Positions 24,291 through 37,161 are shown, counted from the whole stretch's first letter. The stretch: 63,866 nt of DNA, filler included, from Choristocarpus tenellus KU-1152 (GCA_964200185.2; 12 parts of 12 records of this genome joined end to end with filler, not necessarily neighbours in it); one strand, 5' to 3'. A program made the numbers and translations. Notes: generated from the letters alone by a model not told the origin.

Positions 24291-27200
24291 ACTTGAACGT
24301 TTCCAACAGCTAATGGATGTAACTGGCATATACACGAGTGCATAAGGGTTTTTTTATGTAAGTGGGTAAACGGCTTATTTGTTTTCACGAGCAGTCGGAA
24401 GTGATGCTGCAAAGCACAGAGGGGTATTGAAGAGGCGGGACATCCATCGGATGAACCTGTATAAAAGATTACTACTGATGCACACCTAGGGCTGAATCAT
24501 GTCTGTAGGCGCTGCTTTTAATGGCACTAAAGGTCTGCAGACTTACGTGATCAGCGAGAGGGCCCCTTCAGTAGATTTGTTAATGTGAGCATGTCAGTCA
24601 TGTCATGATTGAGTAGTCTCCAACAATAAGCAATAAGCGTCGGACCAGCACTGTACAAAACGAAGTGAGTAAGCAATCACCCTTCTATATGGCAAGAGTT
24701 AAGAAAAGGACTAATAGTTGCACTTCATCTATTGCAGCCCTAATGCTCTTAGTATTAGTGACGTACATCTTTGGGATAACCCCCCCCCCCCCCGGGATGA
24801 CCAGGACTCACTGAAGTGAAAGAGATTATTTAGTCCAACAGAACCTCTCATGTGCACCAAAACAGTTGATGTTTTAGAGGTGATGTATGGCTTCCGGTGG
24901 AGATTGCTCCTATGTTCGTTTGTAGCCAGTGGTGTGCTCCACTAATTTGACATGAATGTCACAGGAATGTGGAGATTCAAACAGAAGTTGGTACATTTTT
25001 CAGTTCGAGTGTTAGTTGTACATCTGAGATTCTATTTTTTGGAGGCCGTTTTTTTTTTTTTTTTTTCTATATTTGAATAAAATAGGTTTTGCATTCAAAA
25101 TATATGCAAGGGGTTTGTGTCCAAGGTTTTATTGACAATTGTAATTAAAAAAAAAATGTCTCCTTCTCGATGTTGTTGGGACAAAATCAAAACGTTGATG
25201 GCATGTAATAAAACACACTGAAGTAGTTGATAAAAAGAATAGCGCCCCAAAGTAGAAAGTCATTGGTCTATCTCTTGCTTCAGTCTGGTGCAGGCTGGGA
25301 GCTGTTTTGACTACACCAATCATCCTGGTAGAGCATTCAAGGAGAGCATTGTAATATGGAGCTACACCTGAGGACATCGATAAAGTTCAAAGCATTTGGA
25401 TTCTGATTCCAAGCTATAAAGGGTGAAAACTCTGCATACCATTGGTCAATCCCCGTAGCCGTTGGTTGAGGCTCTTGGCCAGGAAATACGTTGGTATGGC
25501 CTTGCATCAATGGGATTGGAAAGACATTGAAATAAGAACATTATCCACTTCGTTTTTTTTTTAGTTGTATACAACATTTTGCCGTTTCTTTCAGCTTCAT
25601 CATTTAAACCTCTCTGCACAGGAGCACTGGCTTCGGGTTCTCTTTTCTCGATAGGTTCCCCCTCACACCCATCACCGAGGGGTGGAATTCGAAGTTGATT
25701 ATCGTTCTTGATTATTGTTCTTTTTTTCCAAATTATTGATCTTGATTATGATTCCTTTTTATTATTGTTCTCGATTATTATTCATTTTTAATTATTTTCT
25801 CTTGTCTATCACTCCTTTATTGTTGGTCTCTTACATCCGCATGTCGTAAGAATGTGGCTGAACGACGAAGTTGAAAGGAGGAGTGCAACCTGTGGAGTAC
25901 CCCTTATCGAATAGACAATGGCTACAGTGAGCACGGACCAGTGCATCTCTTAGGAAGGGGTGCTGTTTGTTGTTGGAAGGTCATGTCGAGACATGGCACG
26001 AGAAATTGAAGAAGAGTTACATCGTAGTGCAATAGTGTCAGGTCAATGATATGTCGCTACATAGACAGCGGATACTAGTCACACCCGACTTACTCACAGT
26101 GTGTAGGTTGACTCCTCTTTATCCGGTGACCACAGCTTTGCGCGGTCAGGGCTATCACAATGCGAGAACTGGGAATGACGACGCATTGGACTGCGTGCGT
26201 AGAGGTTTGATGTCATTGGATGTCAGGAGGATACTGTTTATTTTTTTGTAGAATTTTGAAATATTAGTGCAACACATTTGAAAAGCACATTCAGGGTTAG
26301 GGTTTGGAAGAGAAAGGATTACCACATTCACCAAGGTGATTGATTGCATTCCGTGATGCAGCCCGACATGTTGTATCCACCCCTCTCTTGGATGGTCCAT
26401 CTCTACCCCCCCACGTAAATTCAGTTCTGTGCTCTGACCGCCCAGCCCCATACTGCTGCTGAATCTTGAAGGGAGGAATGGCCCCAGGCACGCAAGATCC
26501 CACGAAGGGATCAACAGCTCTGCATTGGGCGTGTTTTGGGTGAGGTTTGAATGATGAGTGTTTTCGGTTTCAAAAGAGATTTTGAACATGTGTTTATTGG
26601 TTTGCACCCCCTTGAAGGAGAAGAGTTGTACGCTGTTATCGCTGGCTGGCCGGGTCGAGGTAGCCATTGTGAAGGTTTGTCTCAGGGTTAGGATCAGAGT
26701 TGTTAGAATCAGAGTTATTAGGAAGAGACACTATATTCCAGCAGAGGAAGGTGTTCAGCCTGGAGATTAGGGCAGTCCTTTCATGTTGAATTGAGTTCAG
26801 ACTTCTGAACCCCCAGGTTCATTCTTGTCCAGTCTTGCATAGTTGAGATTAGAGAAGGCCATTGCCTTCACACAATAGTGTGGTAGGTGATGCATGGAGG
26901 GCACTAAGGTGAGAAACACAACACTAAGGGACGGGCATGAAGCGACTAAATGTTTCAAATGCAGTTCGCTGCCCCCCCCCTGCTGCCCCCTACTAGGAAA
27001 GCATAATCCATGCCCTGTTTGTTTGACTTTTGTAACAAATGCCTCAAGTATTCAGCAACTTTCTGGGGTGGACAACTAGCTTTGGCTCAGCTCTCAAGAC
27101 CAACAGAAGACTGGAGGCTTACTACTCAACTCTCACCTAAGCAGTTTGCACTCTTTCCACTCTACCGCTATCTCGACCGTTCTCTTTTGTGGTTGAAGTT

Positions 27201-27428
27201 GTATTGGTTGAAGTTGTATTGTGTGCTACTTTGTATACCGTCTTGGAATTAATTTCCAGATTTAACTCGTGTTCGAGTGGCTTCAACCTTCAGAAAAAGC
27301 ATGTCTGTCATTGCATTCAAGTCACTTTTCATCTTACTTAATTTCTTGGCCCATGCACGCTGTTCTCCCCCCCCCCCTTTCCCCCTCCCTGTTTTTTCCC
27401 CCCCGCCCCTCCCCCCCCCCCCCCCCCC

Positions 27429-27528
27429 NNNNNNNNNNNNNNNNNNNNNNNNNNNNNNNNNNNNNNNNNNNNTTAATTAATTAANNNNNNNNNNNNNNNN
27501 NNNNNNNNNNNNNNNNNNNNNNNNNNNN
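27429..27528. other. Artificial contig linker
   Basis: N44-TTAATTAATTAA-N44. Confidence 0.98.
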
Positions 27529-27694
27529 GGGCTGGAATACCTCCCCCTCCACCTCTTCCCCCAGGAACAATTATCCCCACGACCAGGCCCCTCCCCCCAG
27601 CGGTGCCAGGACCCGTGGGTATGCCTGCTGCCATGCCGGCTGCGATGGGGTTACCAGCTCCGCCACCAATGGTGCGAGATAGGCCGGCGAGTGG
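27529..27694 (+). CDS. Exon (5'-truncated), proline-rich region of SH3/PX-like protein
   Basis: AGIPPPPPLPPG...PPPMVRDRPASG then GTAAGT donor; phase 2 matches the next exon. Confidence 0.75.
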
Positions 27695-27878
27695 GTAAGT
27701 GAAGGATTTCTCAAAGGTCGATATCTTGAAGCCTGGAGTCATCTCTGTCCACGATACACCATCGTTTGCTATGAAGGATTAGCACTATATTGGGTACATT
27801 ACATTTGCGAATGGAGGGGATGTGTTGGCTATTCAACACATTGTCTTTCTTCTCTCCCCTTTATATTCAATGTTGCAG

Positions 27879-28026
27879 AGATGTTGTACGTTTCCCGGAA
27901 AAGGTCGCCTATTTGGAAGCGGCTGGGGACATACCTGGAGACATGAGCAAAGGCGTGCTACGCTTGAAGAAGGGGCAAATGGTGGCCGTCTACAAGACGG
28001 AGGATCCAGCATGGTGGTTGGGGAAG
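27879..28026 (+). CDS. Exon encoding an SH3-like domain
   Basis: Pyrimidine tract and CAG acceptor; EAAGDIPGDMSKGVLRLKKGQMVAVYKTEDPAWWLGK fits A..D....L.LKKG..V.V...D..WW.G; GT donor. Confidence 0.85.
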
Positions 28027-29038
28027 GTGCAGCCTTGAATGTGTTGCCAATATTTACTGAATCCGTACAACCTTGAAGCATATTGTACTTCGATCTTTAG
28101 ACAACCGGCGCTGGTGAGATCCTTGAGGTATGGGGCAACCCAGAATTTGAGTTTGCAGAGCAGGAGTGGAAATACGATTGCTGGAGTTGTGGCTAGAAAA
28201 CGAGAGCAGTAGAAACATGTACGAAGCAAAAGATAAAGTTGATGCGATTAAAGGACCTGAACTTCCAAGTTCTGTTCCTTTGCTGTGCCCGATGCAACAA
28301 GGGCTGATGTGCTTCTACTCTGATGGGCTGATGGCTGATTCGACCTATGACAAAGGAACATTTTTTTACTTTTGTAATTTGTTCTGTTGCACATTTTCCT
28401 GATGTATCTACTTGCACCACTATACAGGATCCTGGCACTCTAGACCATGGTTGGTAGGTTAAAATACCGTCAATGTGCTCGTATGGTATCCTGACCTCCA
28501 CCCACCCCCCCCTTTGGCAAGGCTGGAGATGGTGTGGGCTGGATAGCTTCTGACACTCTTCAAACACTAGATCCCAGTGCCCCAGGGAGACAACCTCACA
28601 ATGCTGCTGCAGCTGCAGGGTCTGGCCGGAAGTGGGACTCCAAGAAGGTGTGAGGGTTGTCTTGGACACATCACAGTTGTCTGGGTTTTTTTTGTTCAAG
28701 GTGGGAAAGTTCTAAATCCTTAATGATGGACCTCTAGTCTAGTTCTCCCTGGCAAAGAGGAATGGGCACTGTACTGCCTCTGATGAGCATTATTATTTAT
28801 TATCTGTGCAGGAGTGCCAAGCGTTGCAATACTTGAAACCTGATTGTGTTGCTTCAATTGGTGACGTCATACTGGCAACGCCCTTTACGAGTCCTCATCA
28901 TTTTGGTCGTTGTATAATGTCTCCTGCCATCACTCTGCTTAGATCTGTACGGGATACTGACCCTTGCTTCTCCCTAGCCATCCTCAAACGCCCCCTTCCT
29001 CTGTCCATGTCCTTGCTGTGTGTTGTGTGCCGATCAAG

Positions 29039-29152
29039 CAGAAGGGCTTCATGACAGCGGCAGAGATTGATATGGACAAGAGTGACTTTGGCTTGACCCA
29101 GGCCACTACGTTTGACCATCACAGCTCCAAGATCACAGCCTTCTTCATTCAG
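29039..29152 (+). CDS. Exon, SH3-to-PX linker
   Basis: (Q)KGFMTAAEIDMDKSDFGLTQATTFDHHSSKITAFFIQ|GT, phase 0 at both ends; acceptor at 29039 or 29042. Confidence 0.65.
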
Positions 29153-29540
29153 GTCTTTCTCCTGAAATGTCCACCCCTGTATATCCTGTTGTCACAAAGG
29201 ATACTTTTTGTCTCCAGTCATAGTGAGATCATCTCTTCGCATGGGTTCACTTGGTTAGAGCTATTACAGTTAGTGGTTTTGTCTGTAGGGCTTGTCATTG
29301 GTGATGTAACTGTCGTTGATGATTTAACTGTCTACAACCAGACTCAAGTATGCATAGCATTGTGTGCTGGTCTCTGCACCATCACAATACGACCTATTAC
29401 CCACCAACAACTTCCATGAAGTCACTATTTTTTCAATGCCCTTGGACCCCCACCACCCCCCCCCCCCCCCCCCTCCGCTCGCCCGACCTTGTCTCTGCAC
29501 CACTTGTAAAAAATACTCTTGATGTTTTTCCTCTCCTCAG

Positions 29541-29711
29541 GTGGCTGGAGTAAAGAAATCAGTATCATCGCAGGGAGACATCTGGGTGGTGGCCAAGACC
29601 CTCAAGGCCTTCAATCGGTTGAGGGTGGCATGGGAGGAAGATTTCGGCGCGACGTCCATACCCATCGAGCCGCCTCCAGCGCGCTGGGACGATTGCAGTG
29701 AGGCTGAATGG
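29541..29711 (+). CDS. Exon encoding a PX-like domain core
   Basis: CAG|VAGVKKSVSSQGDIWVVAKTLKAFNRLRVAWEEDFGATSIPIEPPPARWDDCSEAEW|GTAAG, 171 nt; fits W.V....F..L...F....P..P. Confidence 0.7.
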
Positions 29712-29836
29712 GTAAGATAGGGAGGGTATCATACGGACGTTGGCTAATTGTGTAGAGCGTGTTCTGTGGTTGAAGCTCCTTGAGTAATAATGCATGCTGG
29801 GGCAGAGGCGTGCGTCTCTTGTCGATAGGTTACATG

Positions 29837-29838
29837 GA

Positions 29839-29892
<54 letters not shown>
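29837..29892. repeat. Compound (TG)n(AG)n microsatellite
   Basis: Direct inspection; intronic. Confidence 0.95.
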
Positions 29893-29894
<2 letters not shown>

Positions 29895-29913
29895 TGCGTC
29901 ATCCATGTTGCAG

Positions 29914-29986
29914 GTATGGCCTGCCTCGGGGTCGTCGTACGAGTCAAAAGAACAGTCTAGGCGACCCTTGTTACTACTACTAGCAG
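29914..29986 (+). CDS. Probable further exon of the same gene
   Basis: TGCAG|VWPASGSSYESKEQSRRPLLLLLA G|GT; phase-compatible. Confidence 0.5.
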
Positions 29987-30482
29987 GTTTGTGATTACCA
30001 TGAGAGTATGTTGTCTCTCTCCGAGGCAGCATGCATTGCTGTGTATTTTTTTTTTTGTGTGAAACCTCCACCTTTGTAGTAGAACGAATCATCAGGCCTC
30101 ATACTGGCATATCCCATGCATGGCACACGCCTTCCAGACCGTATTTTTTTGTGAATGATGGTAGTCATTCGGGTTGCGTTCGAACACACTCACAAGGGTT
30201 AAGGAGAGGTTGGTGACTCAAGACATGATCCCAGGCGAGCGTCGTCCTATCAGTTTGGGGGTACCTTTATCAGTTTGGGTACCTTTATAGGCATTTGCGA
30301 CTGGCTCTATGACTGCTTTTGGTTTGACATGCCGAGACATGTTATTGAAAGGGAGGGGCAGTTTAGCGATGCTTCTTGAACACTCTTTTTTTTTTCCGGG
30401 GGGGGGGGGGGGTAAACGTTTATCAGCCTTTTTTTGTTTTCCCTTTCCCCCTTTTTTTCTTTTTGGTGCCGTTTTTTGCGGC

Positions 30483-30582
30483 NNNNNNNNNNNNNNNNNN
30501 NNNNNNNNNNNNNNNNNNNNNNNNNNTTAATTAATTAANNNNNNNNNNNNNNNNNNNNNNNNNNNNNNNNNNNNNNNNNNNN
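30483..30582. other. Artificial contig linker
   Basis: N44-TTAATTAATTAA-N44. Confidence 0.98.
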
Positions 30583-30735
30583 GGTTCTACACCAGGGTGT
30601 CCATTTAGAACCTGACCAAGAAAAGTACACAAAGGTTATCCATCCGATACATGCAACCAAATCACCAAAAAAATGTGAAATAGAAAAATGGGCCCCAAAC
30701 GGACGGCCACCACCCCTCGCCAGATACTTTGAGCC
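30583..30735 (+). mobile_element. MITE family B, copy truncated at contig start
   Basis: Aligns to about 54250-54399; ends CAGATACTTTGAGCC. Confidence 0.9.
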
Positions 30736-31799
30736 TCCTGAGCAACACCCATTCCACCCTCCATGTACAAGTCAAACATGTGGTGTATCTTCCAGTTGTA
30801 CTTATTGGAAAGGACACTATAACTGGTGGGTGATGCGTGCTGTATAGGAATCTGTTGCTCATGCAAAGTGCAGAAATCTGTATGGGGTTTATTCCTAAAG
30901 GAGAGTAAGATGATTTTAATGTTGTTGCCTTGTTTGTCACTTGGTCCAGCTAGTGTGCATTTGTTCCCAAACTAGTAGTGCATGTTGTGGAATGGAGCTA
31001 AAGACTCTAGTCACGGAGTAATAACAAATGCTCTTGATATTGTGTTCTTCAGGAGTTTAATACCAATGTCAAATCAGCAGTTCTCTGGAATACTATGGTA
31101 TGGTCCAGTATAAAACTAACCACAATAAATACTTGTACACTCAGTATGTGATGTACATGTGAGATCGTGCGCTTGAGGTGGCGATCGCCTTTTGGTCACA
31201 GGGAAGGAGTATAGTCCATTGGTCAATGATTAAAAGGCACTTATCAGATCTGGATTTATGAGTTTGACCAACAGAAATTTCCCAGCAATATTTTTTTTAC
31301 AAATAGACAGTTCAACTGGATCCCAGCATATGGTACTCGAGTGCTATTGAAGGCTGCTACAACTATGTCTGCACAGTCTCAGACTTCTTACACCAAGTTC
31401 TTAGGCTTGGTCAATATATTTACAGTAGCAGGCCATTGATGCGGGGTTGAAAGGTGTTCTGCTCGTTCTAAGAATCAATCAGAGACATTCCTCCAATGTT
31501 CAAGAATGTTGAGATATTGGTGCACTATCCACACACACCCTACCCAATCATTCAATCCTTTTCCAATCCTTAAGACAACAGGCTAAGGAGTCAAGGCTAG
31601 GGCAATCAATTCGCCCCTAGCCCAAATGTGAATCCCAAAGAAATACAAAATTTCCCCCACACCCACAAATAAATGCTCTACAACTGACCTATCCTAACTT
31701 GGAGAGAGGTATCATTGAGCTTTTGGCATCCCTCTGAATTTCTTCTAGGACATGCACTTCTAGCACTCTCAAGGGCAATTTCGCACTCATGTGTGCAAG

Positions 31800-33080
31800 G
31801 GCTTGTGCCACAGCCTCCAATGGGGAGTTAGCTGCATTTCAGGCATGGGAATAGGGTGTCAGCATGAAGATATTTCAATTACAGAATACTCAACAGGGCC
31901 TAACTAGACCCCCCTCAAGGATGGGATGACTTGCTAGGGACACATGCAGGAGCCTGCAGCTTGTACTGTTATATGCTGCTATAGGCAACGTTAGAACTAG
32001 GTCCACTCACTCCAGAGTATTCTACTTCCTTTGAGTTATCTCACAGTACACAATATAATAATTTACAGTAAGGCCTTGTCAAGGTTGTAGATCATGAAAA
32101 AGTAAAAAATGGAAATACAAGTATCAAAAACATCTATGTATACTTCAAACAATGTACTCCAAACCAAACATAGTTACTTGTGATATAATATCAATAGAGA
32201 GGTTAGTTAGCAAATACAACCTGAAGCCCCACCTTTTCAGTGACATCAGCCATAGCCCCAAGTGCCATGCCAATCTCCAATGCTGCAGTCCCCCATCGGT
32301 GCGGGTAATGCGTGGGACTATAGACCTTGATGCTGATGTTATAGTGCTGGAGGGATCTTTCTAGCTTCTGAACCACCTATCAAACGTTTCATGGCGAGTG
32401 GTTGTAAGGGCTGTGCAGCACAGACAATGAGGTAATTTCATGATTCCATGTTGTTGATTAATAGAGGTTGAATCGCAGAGATAATGAGTTGCAGTTACTA
32501 AAACAGTACAATTGCATATCTCCAAACCCGTGGACAGTCGTGTTTTGTAATGTAAGTGCTCTTTGAAACATCAACATACACCAATTTTACTATTTCTTGT
32601 GGGTTTGTGATGCCTCAAACCTATTCAAAACTATGTTTTTGAGGCCATGTGTATGCATTGGAAAAAGTGGCGTTTTCAATAAGCTTCATTGCATTGCATA
32701 ATGGACTACTTATGTACAGCGCATAAAATCACCCGTTCATAATATACATGAATCTCCAGAGCAGTTCTTGTGCAAGAAAGGAAGTCGACTCATCTGTAAC
32801 ACCATCATAGACCTCCAGGGCGAGATAAATTGGAAACTACACTGAATCTTAGAAGCTCGCCATTTTATTCAAGCAGATAGTGGAGCTCATGGTGAAAGAG
32901 GTACCTGCTGTTGTTAGATGTCAATCAAGTACCTTAGGTACATATGAAAGCACACATCCCTAACTGTCTGCAAGAACCAAGTTCCTGCGCTTCTTTCTGC
33001 CAAAGCCCATGAGACAAGTCAACGCCACAAGAAGGGTTCTAACTACAAATGTTGGTTTTTCAACACACACTAGCAAATGA
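31800..33080 (-). mobile_element. Possible decayed Mutator/MULE transposase
   Basis: Colinear remnants AERSAGTWFL, HFFQCIH, LRFN..NNMES and a PIPC-like stretch; many stops; boundaries approximate. Confidence 0.4.
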
Positions 33081-33606
33081 GGCAGACCTCACCTCAATAC
33101 CGAGCTTCCCCTGTAACTCATCCCATGACACTGCTACATCTAGCTACTAGTGTAAATCTAGTAACGCAAGCAAGATGATATTTTTAGGCATGCACAGCAT
33201 TACAGTACCCTCATAAGGCCAGTGGATAAGTCACACACTGATCGATACCAAAGAGTGTATTGGCTTATGGGATTGTAAATGAGAGGAAATGGTCCTCAAA
33301 TTTTCTTTGTAGTCAACCTGTGTAATTTAGTACTTGTGTAGTAGTGCAACTAAGCTTTTGTTACACATGCTGATTGTGTTGATCGAGTTGATCCCATTGT
33401 CAATGTTCTGGGCATGCCGTACTTCAGTTGCACTAACAAACAAGGGATATGAATATATCTTATTCATTTTTGGAGCAGCAACCTCAATTGCGTGCTCAAG
33501 TAGAAAAAGAGAGTAAGAGATCGCCCGAATTGCAAGGATCTGCTTGTTGAGCTCAAGGAAACAAGCAGTTAACTGAACCTGTCGGAAAAATTGATTCCAA
33601 CTCTGA

Positions 33607-33865
33607 ATGCCAAAGTATCTTAGAGGGTAGGACCGCGTCCATTTGGTGGCCAAAATCCAATGTTCCGATTTTGATGAATAATTGGCTATCGTGCTTATTA
33701 GGAAGTATCAATATCCTCGTTCTGGACACAACTTTTCATAACGTATACATTTTACCTACTTCTAAACACTTTGGAGTAGGAAAATGTCATTTTAAAAAAA
33801 CATGGGAAGTCAAGCCCCAAATGGACAAACAGGGAAAAAGTCGTGCCCTCAAAGATACTTCACTC
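33607..33865 (-). mobile_element. MITE family A, full-length copy
   Basis: GCCAAAGTATCTTAGAGGGTAG ... CCCTCAAAGATACTTCACTC; TSD not preserved. Confidence 0.92.
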
Positions 33866-33983
33866 AAAGCTCTGTCCAAAACACACAATAGTCCTCAGTT
33901 AGGTAGCGGTACCCTTCCATATAACCAAGGGCAAGGGACTCTGGTTTTAGGAAGTGAAACAGTCTTACCAAGCCACACTAAGA

Positions 33984-34029
33984 GGCTCAAATTATCTGGG
34001 AGGGGGTAGCGGCTGTCCATTTGGGGTCA
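33984..34029 (-). mobile_element. MITE family B, terminal fragment at contig end
   Basis: GGCTCAAATTATCTGGGAGGGGGTAGCGGCTGTCCATTTGGGG matches the reverse complement of the B right end. Confidence 0.85.
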
Positions 34030-34129
34030 NNNNNNNNNNNNNNNNNNNNNNNNNNNNNNNNNNNNNNNNNNNNTTAATTAATTAANNNNNNNNNNNNNNN
34101 NNNNNNNNNNNNNNNNNNNNNNNNNNNNN
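34030..34129. other. Artificial contig linker
   Basis: N44-TTAATTAATTAA-N44. Confidence 0.98.
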
Positions 34130-34238
34130 CAATCGGGTGTGTTGGGTGGAGGTGAGTCGAGCGCGTTTCCTTTCCCTTTTGTAAAAACCGGGCCCCCCCC
34201 ACAACCCCCCCCCCCCCCCCCCCCAGATACTTTGACCC
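34130..34238 (-). mobile_element. MITE family B, diverged or low-quality fragment
   Basis: (C)nAGATACTTTGACCC terminus. Confidence 0.65.
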
Positions 34239-34836
34239 TGAAGAGCAGTATGTACACTAATCAATAGAATAGCCCTGCAAGTGTCTCCAAAGCTTGGGAG
34301 GGATTAAACCTCACCGAAAATATGGGAGTGAGTCATATTACCCTTTCTGATTGGTTGAAGGAAATTGTGAACAGCACTGATTGGTCATCTTTCACATTGC
34401 CACTGCAAATTCAGCACCCCCTCTCTCAGCCGATAAAGATACCATATATTATTTTACAAAAAAAAAATGAAAAAAAACTATTTTCTCATATATTTCAGGA
34501 ATGTTACCTACCTCCCCTGCCCCCTCCTTTTCGAGTTTTTGAGTTTTTACTGACTACAGTTCAATTTTTTCGGTAATTTTCTTCAATAGGTCCTACATAA
34601 TTACATCTACATTAAGCTATAAACAATAGGGTAAAATCGGATAGAGTTAGGGCTAAGTATTAAGGGTTATGTGCCCCTTGAGTCATGCCCATATCACTAT
34701 TGACACCACTTAGTTCCCTGCATCTTCCAGGCTGCATGCCTGCTCCTAGCACGACATCCCTGATGTGTACCTCAGATATGCGTGGTTGAGCCAAACCACT
34801 TCAGAGGACAGAGCTGCATCCATCCACGGTCATACG

Positions 34837-35048
34837 TCCAACGTTGCGATTTTGATGCAATTTTGACTATCGTGTTTGTTAGCAAGGTGTCAATATCCTT
34901 GCTCCAGACACACCTTTCATAGTCGTATACGTTTTACCTACTCCGAAATCCGAAATGCTCACACAGAAAACCGAAAAGGGGCATAAAAAAAAAAACTCGC
35001 AGAAACCCAAGCCCCAAATGGACAAACAGGGCAAAACTCCTACCCTCT
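34837..35048 (-). mobile_element. MITE family A, truncated and rearranged copy
   Basis: Internal sequence matches family A; both tips missing; palindrome region disrupted. Confidence 0.85.
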
Positions 35049-35868
35049 TGAACGATTCGGGGTCGTCACCACAACATCCGAAAAACCAACCAAAAACCAA
35101 CCAAAAACCAATTTACAACCCGGATGAGATTGAACTTTCGACCTCCCATTTTTTTTTTAAATATATATATATATATTTCTTCACAGAAGGAGTACCGAGA
35201 GCAATAAAACGCTATCTTTTTTTTCTGTATTTGCACTTGAAATCACAACAACAACAAGACTCGGTGACCATGCGAAACCCTTTCTTTTTTCTTTTTTTTT
35301 CCCCCTTTCAAACCGCACCCTCGTGCGCCCTCTCCCCACCCACGCCCCGACATATTTTCCTGCCCGCCCAGCTTGGCCGACCTGACTGAAAGACTGAGAG
35401 CATTTCCGGGCGCCTCCCGCCAAAAGCACAGCAACTGCCGCCATGCCGATCCCAGGGGGGAGGAGAGTGTCAGGGAGATATCTCCTCTTGTGAGTGTGGA
35501 CTCCATACCGTCCTGGTCTCCTGTTCGACCGGGGCAGAAGGAAGTAGCCTCGGGGCGTGAGCTGCAGCCTTCCGAGAAGCGGAGGTGGGGAAACACCAAA
35601 GTGTTTGTTTTGTTTTGTTTTTTTGTATAACCGGGTAGAAGCAACAACATTTTTTTTCTTATTTTTTGAATTGCCCCTCCGTTTTTTATTCCCCCCCCAG
35701 AGCATCAAGCATGTGTATATATATATATATATATAATTATATATTTTCTATATAATGTCCTCAGCAGTGTACAAAGGGCACATACATATATATTTTTTTA
35801 TTATTATTATTTATTTATTTTCCGTTTCCACTCTCGGCACAGCAAGTATGTCTCAGAGTTGGGCGATG

Positions 35869-36418
35869 GAGTGAAGCGTCTCTGGGGGTACAGAGGTTTT
35901 GTCCTATTTGTCTATTTGGGACTTGACTTCCCACAAGTTTTTTTTTTTTAAATGACATTTTCCGACCCCGAAATGTTTCGGAGTAGTGGGTAAAACATAT
36001 GCGTTGTGTAGAGGTGTGTCCGGGACAAGGATGTTGATGGTTCCTAAACAAACACGATAAGATCAAACATTACATCAAAATCGCAACATTGGATCTTGAC
36101 CCCCAAACGGACGCGGCTGTAACCCCCCTAAAGATACTCAGTGAAAGCATCTTAGAGGGTACGAGCTTTGCCCTGTTTGTCCATTTGGGGCTTGGCATCC
36201 CATGGTTTGTTTGTTTTTTGATGACATTTTACCTACTCCAAAATGCTTCGCAGTAGGTAAAACGTATGCGTTATGTAAAGGTGTGTCCGGAGCAAGGATA
36301 TTGAAACTTCCTAACTAACATGATAGTCGAAATTACATCAAAATCGCAACATTGGATTTTGGCCCCCAATTGGACGCGGCCCTACCCCCTCTAAAGATGC
36401 TTTGACTGACTTTGACTA
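35869..36418 (+). mobile_element. MITE family A, diverged copy whose right TIR is interrupted by a second copy
   Basis: Body 35869-36138 ends AAGATACT; remainder (ACT)TTGACTA resumes at 36409. Confidence 0.8.
36139..36408 (+). mobile_element. MITE family A, nested copy with CAG...CTG termini
   Basis: ACT|CAGTGAAAGCATCTTAGAGGGTA ... AAGATGCTTTGACTG|ACT. Confidence 0.9.
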
Positions 36419-36593
36419 AAAGAGTAAAATCAGATGTAACGAGGCAACCCAATGGAATTGTTTGAGCCGCACTCCAAAAAAGGACTTCACTCCCTTTTTT
36501 TGGACATAATGACGATCAAACAACACAAGGCATTCTTCTAGCGCTGAGCACAACAAAGCACTCACTCCCTGCGTGGCGGGGTGTGTGCCGAAC

Positions 36594-36837
36594 AACAAAG
36601 GGTGTTACACACCAAAGGGCATTACAGACCAAAGGGTGTTACAGACCAAAGGGTGTTACAAACCAAAGGGTGTTACAGACCAAAGGGCGTTACAGAACAA
36701 AGGGCGTTACAGACCAAAGGGTGTTACAGACCAAAGGGCGTTACAGAACAAAGGGCGTTACAGACCAAAGGGTGTTACAGACCAAAGGGTGTTACAGACC
36801 AAAGGGTGTTAGAGACCAAAGGGCGTTACAGACCAAA
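36594..36837. repeat. 17-bp minisatellite, 14 units
   Basis: A(C/A)CAAAGGG(T/C)GTTACAG. Confidence 0.97.
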
Positions 36838-37097
36838 TAGAAACATATTTTGTTCAGGACAATGCACGTACAGATCAGGCAACCCCAATTTGTTGTGCAA
36901 GACAGCAGGCGTTGTAGAGGGTAGCAGGCGGATGGTACCGAAAGTTTGCTGGAACGATCGGCATTGTGAGCGAGAGCTGCCAGCATTTTTTTTTATCCTC
37001 TTGTTTTTTTTTCAGTTACTTTCCTTCCGTTATCACCTTTTCCAATCTACAACCTCTGATCACGGCTTTGAAAAATTAAATTAATGTGCAGAAAATT

Positions 37098-37127
37098 GTA
37101 GTAGTAGTAGTAGTGGTAGTAGTAGTG

Positions 37128-37161
<34 letters not shown>

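Noticed and set aside
25380-25520. hAT transposase dimerisation remnant (LLARKYVGMA)
   Set aside because: One short motif only; not enough to call
33984-34238. One MITE B copy spanning the linker, implying true adjacency
   Set aside because: Orientation fits but the flanks differ (AAGA vs TGAA), so there is no TSD; the pair around 41791-41890 has incompatible orientation
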